A DNA stretch of 64,000 bases, from the NCBI GenBank assembly GCA_963934165.1, contig CAWVXH010000001.1:22098-86097 (forward strand). Reading direction: 5' to 3'. Numbering within the stretch: position 1 is the stretch's first letter; every line of letters begins with the position of its first letter. The DNA comes from an uncultured Candidatus Poseidoniales archaeon (GTDB lineage: Archaea; Thermoplasmatota; Poseidoniia; Poseidoniales; Thalassarchaeaceae). A program made the position numbers and the translations under genes. Of the stretch, positions 29,701-37,140 are shown one piece after another. The notes beneath the pieces are model-generated. The model ran no database searches. It worked only from the letters and a program-made list of their open reading frames with translations, and was not told the origin of the DNA.

Positions 29701-32700
29701 CATCATACTCGATATTTGTGGTCATGTCATGATACATATCACCGAGTTGATCATTGTCGAAAGCTTCTAAGAGGAATGCTCGACTAAGAGATAACCTTGC
29801 ATTTGTACGATGAAGACCCGTTGAGACATCATCGTAATCTTTAATCAAATCAGGAGTGTAGAGGTAACCACTAATTTCATAGTATTCAACCTCTAAATCA
29901 AATTCCCCCACACTAGAACGAGCCTGGTTGTAGAGAGACATCGCCTCCGACCGGTCGGTTGAAAGGTTGCCATATTGTTCACCATCTAAGCGAACCATCC
30001 ACTGGTCTTCTAATTCTAATGTACCATCATCTGCAAGAATACCACCAAAGAGTAGTTCCACATTGTCATCTGTAGCCATTACCGCTAGTGCGCGAGATTC
30101 AACCATTTCAGAGTCACCAACTGCAAGACTAATGATTAAGTTGAATTCTTCAATCTGGGCATCGCTCATGTGTGACAACAGTATATCATTGAATTCATCA
30201 GTGAATCCTTGACCATCATTGTATCTACGGTCACCTTGAGCGAGGGTTGTGATGAATAGAGAAAGTGTATCATCTTGGCCCGCAGCGAGTAACATTGCTC
30301 CGCTATTTGGGATACCAGACTGAAAGTTATCAGCCACTGTTGGGTGCTGACCTTGTGCTAAAGCCTGGAAACCATAATCCCACCATGAAACGAATGCGGG
30401 TCGCTCAGAAAATGAAACGTCAGAATCTTGTTCAGATAGCCAGTCATAAGCCATATTCCAAGACCCAGAATTGAAACCTGGGCCGAATGTACCCATGTAC
30501 CAAAGATCCCCTCCTTCTGGGTCGTAATTATTACTGTTTAGAACTGATAAACCAAGGGCTTCAAGTCGGAAAATATCAGGTGCAATGTCATGAATAATTT
30601 GGTCGACATCAGTTGCTGAATTTTCACCACGTGGGATACCGGAGTCTATTCCATAAGTCATGTGTTGTGAGGAAATCATCAATATTACCATCAACATTGC
30701 TGGTATGCCAGGATTACTCTTACTAGCAGGCCAAATCGAACGGAATCGTGTTCGAGGAGTTCCAATACCAGAACGACGCCATTCCTTAGCGAAGCCAACG
30801 AAATTAGCACGTTGCCACATCGACGAGATTCCAATTCCGCCAACAACAGCCATTGCAGGTGTAGCGTTGAAAATGAAACGGCCTGCTGAGAAGGCCATGT
30901 ATGCTGCGATGAATACCCAGAGGCCGAGGAGCATATCTCCTTGCTTCTCCTTTCTTGCACCTTTCCATATCATGATAAAAGCAACACCCATTGAAATTAG
31001 GAATACAATAGGTCCATATGAAGCGAAAAGAACACCTCGGCTTGGTGCTTGTGCCTCACCAATTGTTCCGAAAATCTTGTTCTTAGAGAAGTAAAAACCG
31101 CCAGTAAAGAGGATGTCCCAGCCATTGTAAATTTCTGCGTATTGTAGAGCATATAGTAAACCTAAAATTCCACCCATTAGGAATATTCCACTACCTAGAA
31201 CAAGAAGCCAAGGCTTGTCACGGAATGAACATGTGACCCAACCAAGAGCAAGGGTAAATCCAATGATGTAAAACATCGGTTGGAATCCGCTAGGGTCGAA
31301 TAATAAATTCAATCCAGGCCAGGTGTAGAATGGTAATGGAATCAAGAAAGTAGTTAGCATCATTTGCAGAGCTGCCGAAGTCAATGGTAGACTGTCACGT
31401 CGGCGAATCATATTCAGGAAAATTTGTCCAGCAAAAGCAAGGAATAGAATTCCGGGCCCGTAAACAAAACCTTTCCAACCAAGTGCAACTGTTGCAAATG
31501 ATATTCCAGAAAGAGTAGCATTGGCCATCACAGCAGGGCTGCGTGACCACATTTCTCTAATTCCGGCGAATAGATAGAGGGGGTTTGAACTAGGATTTGA
31601 GAAAATCCTCTCGTTCTGAATTTGATCGACTGCTTTCACCCAGAAGTAAAATGCCAAAGCGAGGAATAACAGAGCGAAAGCGTCGTGATCGGCCAAACCG
31701 AATGTGGAATGGCTGATATGACCCGGCATCAAAGCGATTAGCCAAGCAGCAAATATTCCTGCTTGCTTACTATGAACACGGCGTGCTAATCCAGCTATTG
31801 GTAATACGATTAACGCACCAAATATCGCTGGCATAGCGGCAACGCTCCACCATGCAACCTCTTCTACGGCAATTCCGGTAAGCCAAGAAAGGCCGATTCC
31901 ACCGAGTGCTAACGACCACGAGAAAAGTGGTGGTCGAGGATTAATGGCACCCATTGGATAAGCTCGATCAGCATCAAAGATGTAGTGGCTGCGTTCTGCG
32001 ATGATATAATCGACAACACGCTTCATGTACCAAGGGTCAGAGCCGCCAGTCATATCCCAAAGTCCGGTTCCTGATGCATTCATAGCAGGAAGGACGTTCC
32101 ATCCAGTTCGAATAGCTAGACCGACAAATATGGCTGAACCAACTAAAATTCCATACGAGTGGGCTTGCCACCAGCGGCGAATATCTGATTTCTGTCGCAT
32201 AGGAGCAATGCCACCAAAGTAACCGCGGGATGCTATCATTACCCCGCCAACATTCAACCAGAAAGCCAAGAAGAACCAAGCTATTGTGCTGGTGAAACTA
32301 TTACCTGAAAGCAATTCAGGGAAACTATTACCTATTTCTTGTAGATGACCAAAGGTGTACATCATCCAGTTCACTCCTACAAGCGTCCCCAATACATGCC
32401 AGCGTTCTGCATGACAGAATGCAAGGAACATGATAACTAACGATGTAAATAATGCCCACACAGAACCGAGATACTGATGGTCAGAGAAAACTTGTAAATC
32501 ATTGATTTGACCAAGCCAAATTATTGGAATCAAGTTTACAACAAAAATTGCACCCACAAATGATAAACCTTCAACTCCGAAAACCAGTGGGATATCAGAG
32601 AACCAAGAACCTGAGCCGGCTTCTTCGATTCTGCCCCGCATTGCCAATGTAAGGAATAAACCCAGAACTATTGCCGCTGCCCAGAATCCAAAGAACATCG

Positions 32701-33217
32701 ATCCACTTGCTGCTCGAGCTACATCAATCATCTCTGCTGCATTACCAGCCCAATTACTGTCATCGAATACATGTCGAGCCGAATATGCAACTGCGAGATG
32801 AAAACCGATTACAATTGATAGAAGAATTGATGACTCTTCATTCCTATTGCTCAAAATAAGCGCAAAGGTGGAAATACCAATGAATGCGAATGTGAATCCG
32901 ATTATCGAAGATGTTAGTCCTGCATAAATCGAAATTATTGAAGCGGCTAAAAATCCTAGTGGGACAATTGCTGCTCGGTGTTTCGAGGTGAATGAATTGC
33001 TAAGTGAAATAACTGTAGCGATTCGGCCCAGTGCCGCAGCAAATGCTGCAGCAATTGGCAGAATCAGGATGTTCATATATCCGTCATTTTCAATATTACC
33101 ATTTGCAAGGAAATCAGCTCCAAAGAAAAGTACCAGTAAAGTCACTAGTACAGCAGGGGCTGCAAGGATTTTTCCGAGTGGAAAATCGCTATCCTTTGCA
33201 TCTTTCATTTCGTTCAT
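23780..33217 (-). CDS. aglB: Giant (about 3,145 aa) archaeal oligosaccharyltransferase AglB/STT3 fused to an extra N-terminal polytopic block and a very long C-terminal beta-sandwich extension ending in a TM anchor
   Basis: Uninterrupted 9.4-kb ORF. The STT3 signature 'WWDYG' is encoded at 30371-30385 ('FVSWWDYGFQALAQGQHPTVADNFQ'). The first-loop acidic motif 'GGSDPWYMKR' is at 32027-32038, and a second acidic motif is 'GLADHDAFALLF'. The polytopic region holds more than 20 hydrophobic segments. The C-terminal part repeats units such as 'GRYSFQAPAGKIRVTAYF' and 'DGTVTIDLVPGNWEVSL', then ends in 'WIGWLLGAMLLIAAFVLTKTRSRR'. The track start is TTG at 33223, and the first ATG is at 33217. Confidence 0.85.
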   Translation of the reverse strand: MNEMKDAKDSDFPLGKILAAPAVLVTLLVLFFGADFLANGNIENDGYMNILILPIAAAFAAALGRIATVISLSNSFTSKHRAAIVPLGFLAASIISIYAGLTSSIIGFTFAFIGISTFALILSNRNEESSILLSIVIGFHLAVAYSARHVFDDSNWAGNAAEMIDVARAASGSMFFGFWAAAIVLGLFLTLAMRGRIEEAGSGSWFSDIPLVFGVEGLSFVGAIFVVNLIPIIWLGQINDLQVFSDHQYLGSVWALFTSLVIMFLAFCHAERWHVLGTLVGVNWMMYTFGHLQEIGNSFPELLSGNSFTSTIAWFFLAFWLNVGGVMIASRGYFGGIAPMRQKSDIRRWWQAHSYGILVGSAIFVGLAIRTGWNVLPAMNASGTGLWDMTGGSDPWYMKRVVDYIIAERSHYIFDADRAYPMGAINPRPPLFSWSLALGGIGLSWLTGIAVEEVAWWSVAAMPAIFGALIVLPIAGLARRVHSKQAGIFAAWLIALMPGHISHSTFGLADHDAFALLFLALAFYFWVKAVDQIQNERIFSNPSSNPLYLFAGIREMWSRSPAVMANATLSGISFATVALGWKGFVYGPGILFLAFAGQIFLNMIRRRDSLPLTSAALQMMLTTFLIPLPFYTWPGLNLLFDPSGFQPMFYIIGFTLALGWVTCSFRDKPWLLVLGSGIFLMGGILGLLYALQYAEIYNGWDILFTGGFYFSKNKIFGTIGEAQAPSRGVLFASYGPIVFLISMGVAFIMIWKGARKEKQGDMLLGLWVFIAAYMAFSAGRFIFNATPAMAVVGGIGISSMWQRANFVGFAKEWRRSGIGTPRTRFRSIWPASKSNPGIPAMLMVILMISSQHMTYGIDSGIPRGENSATDVDQIIHDIAPDIFRLEALGLSVLNSNNYDPEGGDLWYMGTFGPGFNSGSWNMAYDWLSEQDSDVSFSERPAFVSWWDYGFQALAQGQHPTVADNFQSGIPNSGAMLLAAGQDDTLSLFITTLAQGDRRYNDGQGFTDEFNDILLSHMSDAQIEEFNLIISLAVGDSEMVESRALAVMATDDNVELLFGGILADDGTLELEDQWMVRLDGEQYGNLSTDRSEAMSLYNQARSSVGEFDLEVEYYEISGYLYTPDLIKDYDDVSTGLHRTNARLSLSRAFLLEAFDNDQLGDMYHDMTTNIEYDVQDYEGSLGEMITRNNDIRYFAVDNRLYPLGGKYYEDYSYHRGQTTGIFHAPTTLSGLDTDTYVSSVYLTQRGDDPIIPRTVEEFDLEYQNDIILNQYSGQGDGTPIIRMVDIDYQHQPEFFETMVARIYVGYGTSTLGLGGDAEAPMPHFYLSGAPGSYLENAYPLPGAMMNNLVLSNWYDAERCEVDENGTKLDSTCSNPTIGSANTQVKVMKYYSGATLEGTVELDGHGVVPNARILIERDAFSGDEIAVDGEVIDRDDRTYWIPIGTTDADENGRYSFQAPAGKIRVTAYFGESDLASARAQIMTSDIQSTFGDIFEASSTGVRSINPVTGILANVSGSTWLSETIVNISGEDGHSNGEAHIDAPIIVNPAHAIGRLVWSGSELFDGDSVTDVTIELTPSWDEIQLQPYVLTTSVGTVEGENLRFDGIGEVTFTGDGSVVSQSIVTATDFTGNFTQVIYHNHSLTGDGEFSGRGLLDGMVNDDIEISDCDENDTMPEDSGLCMTSSGEYLLNGAVNATGRFTANGSSSFTQKYSHSTLIGSGVFTTDTTMDLESYGTLNGSGIFTGEGVFGGDMVEPGTFHIVDAIPGNYDVTIVFGDDRRIEINDGFTIPQNAVNYITKIDITGGSLFGNLINFDGEAVTGTVILRDADTDAADVVDNCEETGQAPCLITPDEEGKFEFGPIIPGEYIAEIDIDGDGFNELSANYLFDANESSEFEFPMPVPVTSDVSFGLFQTVDGVDEEIADLNVSFHMKDGSGNLVEAIYDSEAGSYYVELTEGIWILNHTLSNEEQLWEQIEIGSDDFSADYYFHTSQLVTGTVYYNENASLDSPLNVSKTLDHVQVDFYWSGFSTSVQTDGDGYFSVVLPQGSTVDATVQLGENIKLVDGIRFIVEDGMDAVSIDARPGHGIAGAIDINRIGNTYNANIGGWEPVVVIATNSDYDVTWRAGVDETGLFQMVLPKGMWNFTLEDSEWLAPVTNSTNVDGINNTVEILVYPANTNAEIDFFLDHSDDNNASNGTAVRYNFTIISMMNSGIDYPIQWNGTEWTNVGHAVVPLEPGTYRISVDISDANDGDLFGTRIMSGDVLFDIGLDGTVVERAIGFDPEWRVSIAFTNESGGILAEQLVRFTNTDSSWILSRITDDNGMINDFIGEGDWIVSTDVESIGISEGLRELISVSADNAELDLEMSTSELAQVSFTLYEDNSVSPIGDVRLNLESTDGLGTFSIDNTNSDGTVTIDLVPGNWEVSLDHIDSGKQWLVESIPISVDVGGENDYNITAQLFVELSGTIFWDLNDNNEANAVEGIVNVTLMIIDSDGMLEANLTTDVNGDWSYYVPADTFWDLNTSYEGFEDVSRAVSVGSSSNSIDIELTAGQVLISGMISYIDETEFSSISDSIVLELIPTKGLIRDHITPEKVLEDGVWNGNWSAMVEPGNWILRASVTDQTLVAMGLVDASVADGGNLDISLSNGGILTLKTHWLGYDGNSFTLVDVVDSELVLDLGLGLEWVGEIDEDGGMSIILPNGRVDLRSEFEVYQMDRNMSYIGGQGIDIHAGQETPDMTLTHARTADHSIDVTTLNLTSGDDSYIGSAGNVLVVADDENGFVPVEFIFAVDYLGHESFDSYSVGALVTGSDSADWVVEFHNGSGDWNISTTFDIGLDNSVSFTDLHIRVTPAEQNVSHSFIEGHTISIQFSTQDGFFLSHDVLVRVPQLHDFELSEPMDDVYGISIGESKQIGIKFTNSGNGDERYEFEFDDSELPLSWERTGATSHTIGGFVSSTHTMIVSAPANATGEEDFTIYVSVTDKANGTYEIIEINVRTSEPILKILDFSASSGNLGQAETGTKVNYLVTVENSGLVDASLVQVNATLCYDIYCAEPTDVSAFAIKDIPAGSSVSYSLVIDLSDIDIGPYYIDFDINSSGFNSVEEFPSKNVDVRSPSLDGTTDWIGWLLGAMLLIAAFVLTKTRSRRPSAPF

Positions 33218-33335
33218 TATCAATCACCATTAGGTCGAGCCTATAGGCTCGGCAACGCGGCCAAAATTATTCGTGTTATAGCCTTGCTGGCGAGAGAGAT
33301 AAAACCATTCGCCATAGTAATGCTTCTTCCTTGGC

Positions 33336-34604
33336 TCAAAGTGCCCGATAAGCAATGTCGAAACGGTAATGCGAACCATCTAATTTGATGCTTTCTATTA
33401 CTTCATAAGCCGCGTTGACTGCTGAATCTAAATCTGGCGCAATTCCAGTTGCTGCAAGCACGCGACCACCCGTTGACTCAACATAACCTGCCTCAGAAAT
33501 CCCAGTTCCCGCATGATGGACAAAGGCTTGAATTTGTCCCTCGTCTAATTTTGTGTCATAGCCAAAAATTTTCCTGCCTATTTTTGATGTGGCAGGATAA
33601 CCTTCAGATGCAAGTACAATCGTCGCAGCTGAATAATTATGAAACTCTACATCAAATTCAGACAAACGACCTTCGGCTGCCGATAACAAAAGTTCACCAA
33701 GATCACTTGCAATCAAAGGCACTGTAACCTGAGTCTCTGGATCACCGAATCGGACGTTATATTCAACAACTTTAGGAGCGCTATTTTCATCAATCATCAA
33801 CCCAACATAGAGGCAACCTCGGTAAGGAATTTTCTGGTTGCGCAAATAATGATGCATCGGTTCAATAATCTCATCGATAGCCCTCTGCATCACCGCTGAA
33901 GTTGCGATTGGCGCTGGAGCATATGCTCCCATTCCACCTGTATTAGGTCCAGTATCTCCATCACCAACCCGTTTGTGATCTTGGCTTGGTGGTAAACAGA
34001 CATAACCAGATTCATCCATTATTACCAAAACAGAGGCTTCTTCTCCTGATAAAAATTCTTCAAGAAGAACAAAACCATCGCATTCTATACCGTAGGATAA
34101 TGCCTCATTAGCTTCTTTTCTAGATTCTGTCACAACAACTCCTTTACCGCCGGCTAATACATCTCTTTTCACTACCCAAGGTGGTGAAAATGTATTCAGC
34201 GCTTCTTCGATGCGCTCGGAATTTTCAATCAAAATTAATCCAGCAGTTGGAATCTTTAATTCTTGCATAATTTTCTTTGCATGTAATTTCGAACCTTCCA
34301 ATTCAGCTCCAGCTGAATGTGGACCAAAACAGGATATCCCCACTTCCCTTAGTCGATCGGCCAACCCAGCTACGAGTGGCCCCTCAGGGCCAACAATAAC
34401 GAGATCAACTTCAAGATGTTGTGAAAGAGAAACTAGACCATCCACATCTCCCGCCTCAACTTGATGATTCAAGCCCAGTGATGCGGTTCCAGCATTCCCA
34501 GGAGCGATATGTATGGCATTGACAGATGGGCTCTCATTCAATCCTATTACCAAAGCATGCTCACGCCCACCGCCACCGACAACCAAGACATTCATGCCCG
34601 ACAT
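33336..34604 (-). CDS. purD: Phosphoribosylamine--glycine ligase (GAR synthetase)
   Basis: 'MNVLVVGGGGREHAL' N-terminus. ATP-grasp body with 'GPNTGGMGAY' and 'VEYNVRFGDPETQ'. Confidence 0.92.
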   Translation of the reverse strand: MSGMNVLVVGGGGREHALVIGLNESPSVNAIHIAPGNAGTASLGLNHQVEAGDVDGLVSLSQHLEVDLVIVGPEGPLVAGLADRLREVGISCFGPHSAGAELEGSKLHAKKIMQELKIPTAGLILIENSERIEEALNTFSPPWVVKRDVLAGGKGVVVTESRKEANEALSYGIECDGFVLLEEFLSGEEASVLVIMDESGYVCLPPSQDHKRVGDGDTGPNTGGMGAYAPAPIATSAVMQRAIDEIIEPMHHYLRNQKIPYRGCLYVGLMIDENSAPKVVEYNVRFGDPETQVTVPLIASDLGELLLSAAEGRLSEFDVEFHNYSAATIVLASEGYPATSKIGRKIFGYDTKLDEGQIQAFVHHAGTGISEAGYVESTGGRVLAATGIAPDLDSAVNAAYEVIESIKLDGSHYRFDIAYRAL

Positions 34605-34662
34605 GGCTTAAGGCAGGACATAAAGGAAATAATTAGTTCCACTGCGAATTCAGAAATCAAGT

Positions 34663-35313
34663 TCAATATGGTACATCTTTTAGTCCGACTTTATGGCCGA
34701 AAATATTGAATGTGCGATGAATAATTGGTGTAAAAATAATCAATCCAAAAATAGAGTTTTTAAAGCTCTCATCGACTATTATTTGATTCGGGAAAAATGC
34801 ATATGCAAACACAAAAATCAGAATTGCAAATGGTAATGTATCTAAAATTGGTGCTTTCGAACTGATGTCACCTTCACGCTTCAAACCCCTCCTACGCTTC
34901 ACAAACGAACCCAGAGAATCGCCGACCAAGCACCCGAAACCAAGGATGAATCCCATCGTAAAAGCAGCTCCCCACTCGCTACCGAACCAAAACCAGTGAG
35001 ATTCATTTGCAAAAAAGAGTGGGTCGACGAACGGTTTAGCCTCAAGACCTTGCTCAAAAAACAAAAAATGAGTCGACATCATCAATAGACCTGAAAAAAA
35101 TGCTCCACCAAACAATCCATTCCAAGATTTGCCATCACCTAGAATACGATTGCCATCTCGCCAGTCCTTACCGCCATCAATAACAAATTTAGGAAGATTA
35201 AATTTTTCTGGCAACCACTTCCCGAATAGCATTGCACCAGTATTTGCCAAATATGCTGGTGCTGCGATTAATAGCACAGTAGCGATATCCATTGGGAGTC
35301 CGGCTATAGACAT
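34663..35313 (-). CDS. carS: CDP-archaeol synthase (CDP-2,3-bis-O-geranylgeranyl-sn-glycerol synthase, DUF46 family)
   Basis: 'PAYLANTGAMLFGK', 'IDGGKDWRDGNRILGDGKSWNGLFGG' and 'LGSFVKRRRGLKREG' match the conserved CarS blocks. About five TM helices. Confidence 0.8.
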   Translation of the reverse strand: MSIAGLPMDIATVLLIAAPAYLANTGAMLFGKWLPEKFNLPKFVIDGGKDWRDGNRILGDGKSWNGLFGGAFFSGLLMMSTHFLFFEQGLEAKPFVDPLFFANESHWFWFGSEWGAAFTMGFILGFGCLVGDSLGSFVKRRRGLKREGDISSKAPILDTLPFAILIFVFAYAFFPNQIIVDESFKNSIFGLIIFTPIIHRTFNIFGHKVGLKDVPY

Positions 35314-35385
35314 ACAAACGGTGCGAGTTGATTGGGGACATCAACCCTCGCCAACTCCATCTCAAGAATCGAACTCTTAATTGAT

Positions 35386-37137
35386 ATGATTCGTCGCCGC
35401 AGAATTATGTCTCGCACGGCGGCGATTTTCCAAACAACTTTGATTATAATATCGTCCATAGCAATTTTATCCTCATCAATGGTATTTGCTGACACCAATG
35501 ATACGATTACCATAGATTCTGATACTATTTGGGAAAATGACGAATCAATTACGGGTTTGATCTCAATTCTCAATGGAGGTAGCCTGACGATTAATAACGC
35601 GGAGATTACCATGATGGCTGGCTCGAGTATCGAAATTGCAGAAGAAGGCAGTCTACGACTCGATTCATCATTACTAAGCGCAAATTCTCCTCCAACATCC
35701 CTGATCTCATCAACATATTGGGATGAGGAAAATCGTTCCCGTATTCTAATTCCACGAGGAGACTATAATGAATCATTCGACGCAACTTTATTTCCAGTCG
35801 ATGGGCTCTCATTTGATGGAACACATGCATATATCGAAGGTAGTGAACCAATCGAGATGAACGGGGGGGAATATACCCTCTCATTCCCTGCAGGAACAGA
35901 GGATATTTGGGTAGGATTAACGGCCTTTGGATTCGCTCCAGTGACCCTATCTAAGATTCAGACAATGATGTCTACAGGCACCTTAATCGATGAATTGCTA
36001 GGTAGTGAATTAGAATATCACAATATGATGATTGAGGGCGATGCAGGTTTTACGATTGATTCATCTGGAAATATCGAAATAATTGCATCTACTATGCAAA
36101 GTGGGCAAATAAATTCTGATGGCTCGATTATAATCGATGATTCTGCTATTGAAAATAGTGCTCCAATAAATTTAGTATCTAATTCAGCAGAAATTGACAT
36201 CAGAGGGTTTTCGACACTTTCAGGAAGTCACGATGACCACTATGTCAGAGCATTTCCTGAATCCGTCATTCAGTGGGGAGATAATGTAGAAACGAGTGTA
36301 GATATTATCGATCGATGGGAAAGGCGAATCAGTGGTCAATCGATTCATTTCGATGCGATTGGCGTTTTCTATAGCATAGTAGGAGAGAGCCCAATAGGAG
36401 GTTTTGAATTTAACAATATAAGTGGAAACGATGGAGTTTCATACATAGTTGGAGGGGAAGAAAGAGTTATCGAAATTGGCTGGGCAGATGGAACTGTAAC
36501 CAAAGAAAATACGAATATAATAATCACATCGTACAGAACTGCTTGGAACCCAGAAACACTTGAAAATGATATCGGAAATTATGGTCCACAAACGATGCCT
36601 CTAACTTGGGATAAACAAATAATAATTGATTCAAACATCCCTGATATCCAATGGGAATCACTCGCCATTGTAGGGGAAGTTACTGAAAGCTCGACTGTAC
36701 ACTCAGTTCCAATTCTTGCTCGATTGGCAAACCGTGGAACGGCTCCAGCTAATTTTTTCTTCACCTGTGACATCACAGAAAACGGTGAAGCAGCAGATAT
36801 TGGAGGATATCAAAATGCAGTCATTGATGCAGGAGAATCTATCGAAATTTCATTCGGTTGGAGAAATGCAAACCAAGGTAATGCAAGCCTGACCTGTCGC
36901 ATTTTAACTCCGACTCAACTAGTCGATGATGATGCATACGGTGGAGGCTTGAGAACTACTAGTGTAATTACATGGATGAAACCGGTTGAAGAAGAAAGTA
37001 GAACGATAATTCCTATCCTTATCGCCACTGCTTTGACAATGTTTGGAATTGGTTATTATTACTTTAAGAAAGTCGCCATGCAAGAAAATGAGGAAGATTT
37101 CATCGATGACCATTACGAATACGATAAGGGTGAATAA
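35386..37137 (+). CDS. Secreted surface protein with beta-helix-like N-terminal part, CARDB-like module and C-terminal TM anchor plus acidic tail
   Basis: 'MIRRRRIMSRTAAIFQTTLIIISSIAILSSSMVFA' signal. 'ILNGGSLTINNAEITMMAGSSIEIAEEGSLRLDSS'. CARDB-like 'PILARLANRGTAPANFFFTCDI..IDAGESIEISFGW'. TM helix 'IIPILIATALTMFGIGYYYF', then 'QENEEDFIDDHYEYDKGE'. Confidence 0.65.
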   Translation: MIRRRRIMSRTAAIFQTTLIIISSIAILSSSMVFADTNDTITIDSDTIWENDESITGLISILNGGSLTINNAEITMMAGSSIEIAEEGSLRLDSSLLSANSPPTSLISSTYWDEENRSRILIPRGDYNESFDATLFPVDGLSFDGTHAYIEGSEPIEMNGGEYTLSFPAGTEDIWVGLTAFGFAPVTLSKIQTMMSTGTLIDELLGSELEYHNMMIEGDAGFTIDSSGNIEIIASTMQSGQINSDGSIIIDDSAIENSAPINLVSNSAEIDIRGFSTLSGSHDDHYVRAFPESVIQWGDNVETSVDIIDRWERRISGQSIHFDAIGVFYSIVGESPIGGFEFNNISGNDGVSYIVGGEERVIEIGWADGTVTKENTNIIITSYRTAWNPETLENDIGNYGPQTMPLTWDKQIIIDSNIPDIQWESLAIVGEVTESSTVHSVPILARLANRGTAPANFFFTCDITENGEAADIGGYQNAVIDAGESIEISFGWRNANQGNASLTCRILTPTQLVDDDAYGGGLRTTSVITWMKPVEEESRTIIPILIATALTMFGIGYYYFKKVAMQENEEDFIDDHYEYDKGE

Positions 37138-37140
37138 TAT

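Noticed and set aside
24049-33246. About a dozen ORFs of 60-150 aa nested in or antisense to the giant aglB ORF (for example 26100-26543, 27945-28307, 30660-31094).
   Set aside because: All lie wholly within an uninterrupted 9.4-kb ORF that carries recognisable STT3 motifs. They have no motifs of their own, so they are shadow ORFs.
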